This document shows positions 36,081 to 45,260 of a DNA stretch of 64,000 bases, one piece after another. Location of the stretch: assembly GCA_046563655.1 (NCBI GenBank), contig CM102285.1, positions 5,518,001-5,582,000 of the forward strand, in the 5' to 3' direction. Each line of letters opens with the position of its first letter. Position 1 is the first letter of the stretch. This DNA is from Yuukianura sp. NJ FZ-2021. Lineage: Eukaryota. Both the position numbers and the translations under genes were made by a program. The notes under the pieces are model-generated. The model saw only the letters and a list, made by a program, of their open reading frames with translations, searched no databases and had not been told where the DNA came from.

Positions 36081-39000
36081 TCAGCGCTTCTTTGGCTTTG
36101 CGAGGCGGGAAATGCAAGACAGAGCTTTGGTGTGAGCCGCGCGTTTCGTACGACTAGAAATCGGAAGTTTTACGCTGGCAGGGGCGCAAACTATGGGGAT
36201 TTTACTCGCAGCGGGATGCAGGGAATCCTGGGCGGGTAAAATTGGTGGAATTAGGATTTCTGGGTCACGGCTTTGATTTTGGTCATTTAAGTCAACATTA
36301 GGGGGGTCAGAATTTTGGTTGGACGCTACGGGAAGCGTAAGAGGGCCATTTTGCTCAGTTGGAATTGGCAATTTTGGTAAGTTAGAGGACAAATCAGGGT
36401 CAACAACTGGAGGGGGGACAAAATCGTTATCAGACGACTCAGAGGAACTACTGTCTGCATCAGACGTGTCATAAACACGCTGATTGTAGGGTTTAAGGCG
36501 CTGAACGTTCACGACAGTCTCGTGAGGCTGCCGAGGGGGAACCGAAGTAATTCGAACAGTGCCATTATGGAGTACGTCAATGACTTTGTAAGGGCCAATC
36601 CATTTCTTCGTAAATTTGCCGACACGACCTTTTTTCCGCTGAAAGTTCCTGAGCAGAACTTTCATACCAACAACGTAAGTCGGGAAACGGATCTGTAACT
36701 GGGCTCGAACTCTGAGAAGCTGCTGCTCACGGGACAACTCGTGGGCTAAGTTATTCGCAACAAATAATCGGTCCAGGGTATCATCAGGCTCTAAATATTG
36801 CTGGGGAAGGGGAAACAGCCTGTCAACCGGCAAAACCGGCTCCCTACCAAAGACCAGAAAATAAGGAGAAAAATTAGTGACCCGATGTACTGAACAATTA
36901 ATCGAAAATACCGCCCTGGGGAGATGTAGATCCCAATCCTTGTGGTTTTCACTTACGAATTTGGCGATTACTGACTTTACCGTGCCGTTATGTCTTTCAC
37001 AGACACCGTTGGACTTTGGGTTATAAGCAGTCGTGGATCTGTGCTCAATGGCATGGAGGGAAAGGAAATCTTCAAATTCGTCGGAAAGGAAAACCGTACC
37101 ACGGTCTGACAGAATGATTTTGGGAATTCCGTGGCGAAACAGGACATGTTTGTTAAGTACTTTGATCGCTTGAGCAGAATCTGCTGCGGGAACTGGCCAG
37201 GCTTCTACGTAACGGGTATGCAGATCGATTACTGTCAGAATGTACTTGTTCCGTCTTGCTGTGACGGGGAATGGGCCTAAGTAGTCTAGGGCAATGGTGT
37301 GGAATGGAATGGCGGGAACGTCAAGACCGGCGCTATTTGGCGGGAGAGCAAAATTCCGTCTATTATGGATCTGACACAAGTGGCACGACGTGACAAATTT
37401 CACCACATCTCGATACATCCGGGGCCAATAAAACCTGGATCGTAGAAGATGCCAAGACTTGTGTAAGCCGAGGTGGCTAAGGGAGTCGTTATGTACGGAT
37501 TCCATGGACGATTTTCTGAGGGACTTGGGGAGACAAAGACGCCAGAGATTGCCAAATTCCGAGTAGTTCATCCGGTACAAAATTCCATCTCGCAGACTGT
37601 ACTCTCGCAGTTTCTTGGGTTCGGGCAAATTATGGGGAGCACCAGTTTGTTCTGCTTTCAAATACTCAATCACAGGAAGCCATTCTGGCTCTTTAAGCTG
37701 GAGATCTTTCAGTTTTGCATCTCTAACTCTTCGTGGGGATTCAGGGGAAACCGCTAACGCCAAAAGATGATGTTCAATGGCCAAATGGTCTGTGTCAGAG
37801 GGGGCTGGGTCAACTGGGTTACGGGAAAGGGGATCAGCATCGGTGTGAACACGACCACTCTTGTGAACTACGGTAAAATCATAAGGTTGGAGGGCTAAAG
37901 ACCAACGGGAAATTTGGCCATAGGGGTCTTTAAATTTCAGCATGTCACAAAGGGAATGGTGGTCAGTGACAACTTTAAAATGACGGCCGTATAAATACGG
38001 TCGAAATTTCTCCACAGCCCAAACAAAAGCCTTCATTTCCAATTGGGGGGTTCCAAATTTGGATTCGGAGGGGGAAACCGCTCTAGAAGCATACGCTACC
38101 ACTCTCTCTTTTCCGTCCTGAATTTGGCAAAGGGTCGCTCCAAAACCGAGTCCAGACGCATCACAATGCACGGACGTTTCGGCTTCTTCATCGGGGAACG
38201 CAAGGACAGGGGGAGATGTTAATTTGTCTTTAAGCGTCTGAAACGCTGTTTCGGCTTCCGGGGTCCAATGGAACGGGGTACCACGCTTCCCAGCAACAAT
38301 AAGATGTAGCGGACGGGCAATTTCTGCAAAACCCTCGATAAATCGGCGATAGTAACTGCAAAGACCAATGAAGGAACGGACACCTCTAACAGTCGTGGGA
38401 ACGGGGAATTCACGAACTGCTTTTGTTTTGTTGGGGTCAACTGCAATTCCATCTCTGGAAACAATATGGCCAAGGAATTTTAACGAATCCTCGCCAAAGT
38501 TACACTTTTTGGGTTTAAGACTCAGACCAGCTCGTCTAAGGGCACAAAAAATTTGGGCTAAGTGATCCAAATGCTCTTCAAAAGTTCGGGAGTAGCAAAC
38601 CACATCGTCTAAATAAACGAGTGCTATGGACCACTTTAAACGACCTAAGACATTGTCAATTAGGCGTTGCCACGTCGCTGGAGCATTTGTTAGACCAAAG
38701 GGCATTACAACGAACTCATATTGTCCGTCGGGGGTAACAAAACTGGTCTTTTCTCGGTCCGCAGGCTCAACTTCAACCTGGTAATACGCTTGATCACAAT
38801 CCATGGAGGAAAAATACTTGGCGCCATTGAGTCTGTCGAGGGTATCATCAATTCGGGGAAGGGGGTAAGAATCTTTCCGAGTCACTGCGTTGACTTTACG
38901 AAAGTCAACACAAAACCGCCAACTTTCGTCGGGCTTTTTGACCAGAAGGACTGGGGAACACCAAGGACTATCGCTCGGAGTAATAGCATTGAGATTCAAA

Positions 39001-41135
39001 AGACGCTCGACTTGGTTTTGAATTTCCCTCCGCTCAGTAAATCCAGTTCTGTGGGGATGGGAAGCAATCGGTTTAGCAGAACCTGTGTCGATTTTGTGGG
39101 TGGTTAGGTGAGTACGGCCAAGGGTAGCAGGATCAAAATTGAAAACATCCAAATTAGCTACAAGAAAATCTTGCATAATTTGGCGCTGTTCAGGGGTTAG
39201 GGTATTTGAAATCTGGAACGCCTCGATCCTCTTTTGCAGTTTCAGTGTTGCTATTTCAGCGTCATCATTAACCGAAAGTCCTAAGATCTCGTGCGCTGGG
39301 AGGGAAGATTGGGAGGATTTAGGGCTAACATGGTCGAATTCATCAAGGTCACAGAGTACTGAAGACTCTGCGAAGGGTTCGAAGGTGCCAATAGAGACGT
39401 TTTGAAGAAGTTTCACAGGGCGGTCACTCAAATTCCACAAGAACGTAACTCCACTGCCATCTTTAAGCGTAGAAATGGAATTCCCAATGGCAATATGTTT
39501 TGCGTGTTGGAGCTCACGACGAGGGGAAACCAAAATATCTCCTGTGAAAGGTAAATCAGTTTTTACACTGACTCGCTTCATCGTTCTTGGGTTAATGAGG
39601 ATTGACCTGGCCAGTCTCAGGCACGGAGGGGGAGTGGAATTTTGAGATAAATTCGAATTGCTCACGAAGGACGCTTCGGAGTCAAGTAGGGTAGGGGAAT
39701 TTGAAGTATCTTGGGACTGAGATGAATTCAGAGCCATGTCAATAGCTAGAGTATTTTGATTTTTGGGAATGGCCGTACATTTGGGAGTGATCGACTCTGG
39801 TTCAGCTTCCGAAGACTTTGGAATACTGGGGCAATCAGAAACTTCTGCAGTTTCTGACAAAGTTAATTTGTTAAGGACAGGGACTTGGGATTTTGGAATA
39901 CAAACATACTCATTTCTGAGGTCTGTACACGGGAGTTCACCTATTACAAGGCGCTCATTCGCGGGATCCAAAAGAAAATGTTGGGAACGGAGGAAATCTG
40001 AGCCCAAAACGATCTCATTTGAAAGGTGCTGGAAAATGTAAAATGGGTATTGGAAGGAGACGCCAGCAATTGAGAAAGTGATCATTGTAGTTTGGGGGGA
40101 ACCACAACGAACGTAAGAACCAAAAGAAAGTTTGACACGAACAGGTTGAACATCAACCGCTTGGGAAACAATATTGGGGAACCTCCTTAGAAAATCAGGG
40201 TGGACACAACAAAGAGAAGCACCTGTATCACACAGGACTCGAAGAGTCGTAGAACCAAAGACAACATCGGTGTGGAAAGTAGAATGGGGGGTGGAGTCAA
40301 TTCCGGAAATGAACTTTGCAGCTGAGATTCCCGAAGGAAACTCGGAATCATGGCTTGGGGACTTAGGTGGGGAATCAAAATCGAAAGAAGTGGGATCTGG
40401 AACTTTGGAATTTGCAGCTGAGAACTCAGGGGTGGAATAATTTACCCAGTCAGCGACTCGGCTTACATTGGAGGGGCTAATGCCAAATTTGGAAGTTAGA
40501 GAAACGGCTAGTGGGTTTAGTTGAGTAGGGCCACACACAAATTCGGAAGGGCAAGGTTCAGAAGGGCCAACACAAACAGAAACAAACTTTGGTACTGCAG
40601 CAGTAGGTTGAGTAGGGGGAAGAACAGATGTAGTGGAAGTTGTAGTTGTAGGTCCCAGAAGGGAAGTAGGATTAGTAGCGGCGGAGTTACGAAGAGAAGT
40701 GGGGACTGTAGGGACTGCAGCGTCAGAACAAAAGTTTGGGAAAGTTGTAGTAGCCTCCCCAACGACCAAAGGTGAAATAGGGTGGGGGTTAGATTTTGGA
40801 CAAGTTCGGTGGTGGTCAAAAAGAGCTTGTAGTTTGGAAAGAAACTCTTCTGGAATAATGGGAATTTTAGAATTCTGCTTCCTGCCAAAAGCTGAACAAT
40901 TCTTGTGGGTTTGAAATTTAGGTTGTTTGATTTTTCGGGATTTGGGACGTGTGGGACAAACCCTGGGTGGGGCTTGTACCTTAATTTGAGAGACTTGATT
41001 GGGTGGTAATAGAAGCTGACGTCCCTGCAACGGCAGCTCTATTGGTTTTCCGGAGGTTTGGGAAGTACGGCTGATGCGATGTTTGTAAGAAGATCCGTCA
41101 TTGTAGAGAAAGCAGACATCATCGAAGGAACCCAT
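36081..41135 (-). CDS. pol: Pol polyprotein (protease, RT, RNase H, integrase)
   Basis: LCDTGAS protease; WRFCVDFRKVN, MPFGL, YLDD RT; CDASG RNase H; HHCC zinc finger, DYLGPF, SDRG, CERHN integrase core; WIGPY GPY/F motif; 1684 codons without stop. Confidence 0.97.
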   Translation of the reverse strand: MGSFDDVCFLYNDGSSYKHRISRTSQTSGKPIELPLQGRQLLLPPNQVSQIKVQAPPRVCPTRPKSRKIKQPKFQTHKNCSAFGRKQNSKIPIIPEEFLSKLQALFDHHRTCPKSNPHPISPLVVGEATTTFPNFCSDAAVPTVPTSLRNSAATNPTSLLGPTTTTSTTSVLPPTQPTAAVPKFVSVCVGPSEPCPSEFVCGPTQLNPLAVSLTSKFGISPSNVSRVADWVNYSTPEFSAANSKVPDPTSFDFDSPPKSPSHDSEFPSGISAAKFISGIDSTPHSTFHTDVVFGSTTLRVLCDTGASLCCVHPDFLRRFPNIVSQAVDVQPVRVKLSFGSYVRCGSPQTTMITFSIAGVSFQYPFYIFQHLSNEIVLGSDFLRSQHFLLDPANERLVIGELPCTDLRNEYVCIPKSQVPVLNKLTLSETAEVSDCPSIPKSSEAEPESITPKCTAIPKNQNTLAIDMALNSSQSQDTSNSPTLLDSEASFVSNSNLSQNSTPPPCLRLARSILINPRTMKRVSVKTDLPFTGDILVSPRRELQHAKHIAIGNSISTLKDGSGVTFLWNLSDRPVKLLQNVSIGTFEPFAESSVLCDLDEFDHVSPKSSQSSLPAHEILGLSVNDDAEIATLKLQKRIEAFQISNTLTPEQRQIMQDFLVANLDVFNFDPATLGRTHLTTHKIDTGSAKPIASHPHRTGFTERREIQNQVERLLNLNAITPSDSPWCSPVLLVKKPDESWRFCVDFRKVNAVTRKDSYPLPRIDDTLDRLNGAKYFSSMDCDQAYYQVEVEPADREKTSFVTPDGQYEFVVMPFGLTNAPATWQRLIDNVLGRLKWSIALVYLDDVVCYSRTFEEHLDHLAQIFCALRRAGLSLKPKKCNFGEDSLKFLGHIVSRDGIAVDPNKTKAVREFPVPTTVRGVRSFIGLCSYYRRFIEGFAEIARPLHLIVAGKRGTPFHWTPEAETAFQTLKDKLTSPPVLAFPDEEAETSVHCDASGLGFGATLCQIQDGKERVVAYASRAVSPSESKFGTPQLEMKAFVWAVEKFRPYLYGRHFKVVTDHHSLCDMLKFKDPYGQISRWSLALQPYDFTVVHKSGRVHTDADPLSRNPVDPAPSDTDHLAIEHHLLALAVSPESPRRVRDAKLKDLQLKEPEWLPVIEYLKAEQTGAPHNLPEPKKLREYSLRDGILYRMNYSEFGNLWRLCLPKSLRKSSMESVHNDSLSHLGLHKSWHLLRSRFYWPRMYRDVVKFVTSCHLCQIHNRRNFALPPNSAGLDVPAIPFHTIALDYLGPFPVTARRNKYILTVIDLHTRYVEAWPVPAADSAQAIKVLNKHVLFRHGIPKIILSDRGTVFLSDEFEDFLSLHAIEHRSTTAYNPKSNGVCERHNGTVKSVIAKFVSENHKDWDLHLPRAVFSINCSVHRVTNFSPYFLVFGREPVLPVDRLFPLPQQYLEPDDTLDRLFVANNLAHELSREQQLLRVRAQLQIRFPTYVVGMKVLLRNFQRKKGRVGKFTKKWIGPYKVIDVLHNGTVRITSVPPRQPHETVVNVQRLKPYNQRVYDTSDADSSSSESSDNDFVPPPVVDPDLSSNLPKLPIPTEQNGPLTLPVASNQNSDPPNVDLNDQNQSRDPEILIPPILPAQDSLHPAASKIPIVCAPASVKLPISSRTKRAAHTKALSCISRLAKPKKR

Positions 41136-42436
41136 TGGTTTTCCTGAGCTGGTGGTCCAGTTTGTGGATTTTGAAATGACTGCGGCTGATGTGGGCTGGT
41201 TTGTAGTGGTCTTGAATCAACGTTAGGAAAGGGACGTTGAACAGCTTGGCTATAACTAGCCAGCTGCTGGGGTTGTTGATTATTGGGATTGTTTCGGGGG
41301 CGCAGTGGTCTACAGTTGCGGGTCAAAGGGTCAATGCCTTGGCTCCACCACCATTTGTGACAGTATCGAACAATATGTCCAATATTGTTGCAGTAATCGC
41401 AAATTGGCTTTCCATCATCAGAACGACGATTCTGTTGTGGAGGGAAAGGCCGATCGGGCTGGGGAGCAGTTTGAACTGCTGGTTGGGTTTGAGCAGGAGG
41501 GCGTTGGTACTGCTGGACTTGGTAGGGAATAGTTGTAGGGAAATTAGCATTTGGAATGGCGGGAGCCATTTGAGTTTCCAGTCCACGTAGAGAAACCATC
41601 GGATCAGAATTGGGTTTAGAGCGGGTGTGAACATCAGCAACTCGTCTCAGGATCTTCTGGAATTCGGAAGGGGTCTGGATATTCTGCATGACAAATGCTT
41701 GTTCCAGCTTGTGTGGGAGACCACGAACTAATTGTTCAACCTTCCGGGATTCTGGCATCATGGGATCAAGTTTGGAAAGAATTTGGATTTTTTCAGCCAC
41801 ATACTGGTCAATGTTGTCTCCTATTTTGAACCGCAGAGCCTTGCTCTGGGCTTTGAAAACCTCCCGTCGCTCTTTAAGGGAAAAATGGGAAACAAATTCT
41901 TTTTCAAATTTGCTCCAAATGTTTTCTGCATCTGCGTAGGGAACTTGCAACTGCTCACGGAAATGGGGCCAAATAGAAACAAACCAGGCACTAGCAACAC
42001 CCGTCAACACTCTGTCAAAATGACTGAGCGCTCCGAATGCACCAAAGCCTGATCCGCTCAAGTCGTATTTGTATCGGGCCATGTATTCAGCAGGATCGCT
42101 CATTCCATCGTACTGTCTGATGTGTTTGAATATCTTGATGTCCTGCTTGCTTGGATCTGGTGGCGGGAAATTTCGAAAAATTTGGGGAATAGGAGCTTGT
42201 ACAGCTGCAGGGCTAACAATAGTACTTGCTGGGGTGGGGGGTGTAGGAACGAATTGGGCTTGTGTTGGGGCAAAATGAACTGCAGCAGGTTGACCTTGAG
42301 TTGACAAATTGAGAGTAGGAGGAAGAGTCTGGGTAGCAGTATCCATGGGAATTGTTGATTGGGATAAGAGCTGGTGAGTGGGGTGTCCGTCTTGTTGGGG
42401 TGTAGAGGCAAATGGTCTCGCAAAGTATGACAGCAT
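41039..42436 (-). CDS. gag: Gag
   Basis: Retrotransposon capsid-like region (LTGVASAWF...WSKFEKEFVSHF) and CDYCNNIGHIVRYC CCHC knuckle; overlaps pol in the -1 frame. Confidence 0.93.
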   Translation of the reverse strand: MLSYFARPFASTPQQDGHPTHQLLSQSTIPMDTATQTLPPTLNLSTQGQPAAVHFAPTQAQFVPTPPTPASTIVSPAAVQAPIPQIFRNFPPPDPSKQDIKIFKHIRQYDGMSDPAEYMARYKYDLSGSGFGAFGALSHFDRVLTGVASAWFVSIWPHFREQLQVPYADAENIWSKFEKEFVSHFSLKERREVFKAQSKALRFKIGDNIDQYVAEKIQILSKLDPMMPESRKVEQLVRGLPHKLEQAFVMQNIQTPSEFQKILRRVADVHTRSKPNSDPMVSLRGLETQMAPAIPNANFPTTIPYQVQQYQRPPAQTQPAVQTAPQPDRPFPPQQNRRSDDGKPICDYCNNIGHIVRYCHKWWWSQGIDPLTRNCRPLRPRNNPNNQQPQQLASYSQAVQRPFPNVDSRPLQTSPHQPQSFQNPQTGPPAQENQWVPSMMSAFSTMTDLLTNIASAVLPKPPENQ

Positions 42437-42448
42437 TTTTGAGAATTT

Positions 42449-42862
42449 TTACAAACGGCGTCTCGGATCAACACGGGGTTCGGTTTCAAACACTAACCAG
42501 CCTTGGGCATTGGCAAATGCTTTGAACAACCACCGATAAATGGGACCGAAGAAATCCCAGTGGTAGTAGAGGATTCGTACAATTAGGGCTAGGAAGTAGT
42601 AAGTCTCGGTTCCAATGAGAACCCGGAAAAAGTAACGATAAGTTCTCGGGGCTTGTCGTAGGTAGAAGACTGGGATAATGTGGAGGGCGATATAGTCAGA
42701 AACAACCGAAAATGTCGCTATTAGACAGGAATAAGTAATGTGGGAGAGGAATGTTGCGATGAGATATACAGTTTCAAGGACCAAAAGGATGAAGCAGATC
42801 CCAAAGAATGCTGCTAAGCCGAGAAACACGACTGTCTTTAGAAAGGACCAAAAAATTTGCAT
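42449..42862 (-). CDS. sORF-C: 137-aa hydrophobic, probably multi-pass membrane protein upstream of gag
   Basis: MQIFWSFLKTVVFLGLAAFFGICFILLVLETVYLIATFLS...YYFLALIVRILYY...basic tail RVDPRRRL; stop 12 nt before the gag ATG. Confidence 0.6.
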   Translation of the reverse strand: MQIFWSFLKTVVFLGLAAFFGICFILLVLETVYLIATFLSHITYSCLIATFSVVSDYIALHIIPVFYLRQAPRTYRYFFRVLIGTETYYFLALIVRILYYHWDFFGPIYRWLFKAFANAQGWLVFETEPRVDPRRRL

Positions 42863-42908
42863 TTGCAGGGACTTCAAAATAACTTAAATGCTTTTCAGCA
42901 CTTAAGCT

Positions 42909-43025
42909 TTACTCAAGAAAATGTAGGAGAAGGGATACCAAAAAGAAAACGACAATCCGTTGGACAATGACACCAATCGTAGCAATGACAACGATCAAGA
43001 CAATGTAGAGGAATGGGGAGTACAT
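42909..43025 (-). CDS. sORF-B: 38-aa hydrophobic peptide
   Basis: Hand translation MYSPFLYIVLIVVIATIGVIVQRIVVFFLVSLLLHFLE*; first ATG after a strong acceptor (GCTAAC...TTTTTCTAG|) at 43123. Confidence 0.45.
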   Translation of the reverse strand: MYSPFLYIVLIVVIATIGVIVQRIVVFFLVSLLLHFLE

Positions 43026-43232
43026 CGTCTGTTTTCTGGACTGGGCAGGGACTTTCTAGAAATACTTGAAATAAATGGAATTATTAAATATATAATGAAT
43101 ATGAATATTTATAACCTTAAATCTAGAAAAAGAAAGAAATGGGAATTGGAAAATAAATAGGGTATGTGGAGTTAGCTACTGTCTAGGGGCTAGGATTTCA
43201 AAAAGAAATCAAATTCCTCCAAAACAGAACTT

Positions 43233-43355
43233 TTAGAAAAAATAAAGAAACATTCGGACAAGAAGAACAAGAAAAACAAGTCTTACGCCAACCGATGCAA
43301 TGCCAAACCACATTAAGAAACCGACGAGCCAAAGAAACCACTCAATAATTTGCAT
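43233..43355 (-). CDS. sORF-A: 40-aa hydrophobic peptide
   Basis: Hand translation MQIIEWFLWLVGFLMWFGIASVGVRLVFLVLLVRMFLYFF*. Confidence 0.45.
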   Translation of the reverse strand: MQIIEWFLWLVGFLMWFGIASVGVRLVFLVLLVRMFLYFF

Positions 43356-44685
43356 TATTGAGCTTTATTTTCAGAAAAAGAACCGAAAAATTGGAATGGG
43401 AACTTCAATAGGGGAGGGCACGATGTAAAATCGCGTTATCAGAAGAATCGGCGAAGTCAGAGGATTAGGTAGTACCTACTCACACACTGACTAAAAGTAC
43501 ACCGACTTAGAAAGTTTTAAGTTTTTAGAATTTTGGGAAAATCGGGCAGGGGTTTGGGACGAAAAGCCGCTTTGAATTTTTGAAGTTTGGACCAAAATCT
43601 GAATTTAATTAATGTAAAGTTAGAACGTAACGTAATTTAGGAATTAGGAATAGTTTTTAGCCAAATTCTGGAAAATCCGACTATTCAGAGGAATGGGGGA
43701 TATCGCAGTTACGTGCGACTCACGAAATCAGATAAATCGGCTGACTCTGGGAATTAGGTTAGGTAGGGGGCAAACAAAAATCTGAATTTTGCTAAGTGTC
43801 TGAATTCAAGGAAAATTTGGGCAGAGTTCCGTTAAGGGGTAAGGAAAATGTGAATTTGGTAACGTTGTTCAATGGTGGGACTAGGTGGGGCAGGCTCAAT
43901 TCAAAAAAAATTTTTTGAAAACCGAAAAAATTTCAAACTACTTTAATTTTAGAAAAAATTTTGACAGGGGTTGGGTAGGAGTAGGCGTTTTTCGAATTTA
44001 GGTTATGTTTCAAAAATTTTCAGACCAAAATTTCAGAAGGGAGGGAAAGGGGAATAGCCTCTTGACCTTTGCAGGGAAGACTGGGGATACTTTAGTTTAG
44101 GTGGGGCGTTACGCTTTTGGAAAATGAATTTTAAATTTAGGAGGAAACGACTAAGTTTTTGAAAATTTGAAAAATTTTGAACAGGGGGACGTTAGGATTT
44201 TTTGAATTTGAAATTTACGCGGGGCTACTACTTTTCGTTAAAAGAAAACGCTCGCGCAGGGGGGGAAAAACCAAAAAGAAAGCGGCTGACCTTTGTTGAC
44301 CTTCCTCAATCGGTCAGTGACTGCACGGAGGAGGCAGAAGTGAAGAAAAGACGAGATGACGTGGAGGCAGGAAGTGATGAGTTGGAGCGTGGATTTGGAG
44401 CGTGGAGATGGAGAGTGGGTGTGACGTGGCGGTTGTGGCTTTCGTCAGCTCCTCGTGGGCTTTTTGGATGACGATGGCTCGTGGCTCGTGGCTACTGGCA
44501 GGTTGGTGGCTCGCTCAGATCTGAAAAAAATCGAGAAAGGATGAGTGATTTTTGAAACAATGATCTTTTTTCAAAAATTGCTATTTAAAAAAATTTTGAT
44601 TAGTTTTTGGAGAGGTCACGGGGGTCACAGGGCTCCTAGTGGCATGATTCACGTTCTGGTTGTGGTGAGGTCACGGTGGCTCGTT

Positions 44686-44703
44686 TCCCGGCTGAGCATC
44701 CCA
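44686..44703 (-). promoter_or_regulatory. Primer-binding site, tentatively tRNA-Pro-like
   Basis: TGGGATGCTCAGCCGGGA 2 nt inside the 5' LTR; imperfectly resembles the tRNA-Pro-type PBS TGGGGGCTC..CCGGGA. Confidence 0.5.
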
Positions 44704-44705
44704 CC

Positions 44706-45260
44706 TGAGGGGTTGCAACGCCCCGTCGAGCGGCACAAAGGCCACTCCGAATAAATGAGATGATGTGGGGCAGAGGTCACACGAGAGCTGTAAATCAATG
44801 CCTATTTTATTAGAATAAATTGTGATACAGTTTACGGTCAGAATTAGGCCAAATATGAAGTGGATGTGTGGTGGGGCGTTGGTCCAGAGCAGGATCAACC
44901 AGGTATCTGGTCCAGTGGGGCTTGAGGTCACTCCGGTGGGGCAGTAGAGGATCCGGCGTGGTCCAAAATGTAAATCCAAGATGGAGGAGACGTGGAGAGA
45001 GAGACGAGACAAGATCCGGGCAGAGTGACGAGTAGGGAGAGACTGTGATGTGGACAGGAGTGAACTGCAGTGACGATGACGAGACGAGCTGCATGTCCAA
45101 ATGGATGATGCAACTTCCCGTGCATCCGATTGGTTGGTGAGGGGTTTTGGTGGTGAAGACGTGGAGTTGTTGTTGTGCTGCTGCTGGAAGGACGAAGGGG
45201 GAGAAGAGGGGAAAGGGAACCAAAAGTGGCTATAGTGGTTTGTGGGGAATAACCCCCACA
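44706..45260 (-). repeat. 5' LTR
   Basis: TGTGGGGG...CCCCTCA on minus strand, direct repeat of 34203-34757. Confidence 0.95.

Larger units (their letters stand above)
34203..45260 (-). mobile_element. Full-length Ty3/gypsy LTR retrotransposon (11,058 bp) inserted in the 222-bp satellite
   Basis: Two 555-bp LTRs (TG...CA), 4-bp TSD TATG (34199-34202 / 45261-45264) that restores the satellite monomer, gag and pol with PR-RT-RH-INT order. Confidence 0.97.
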
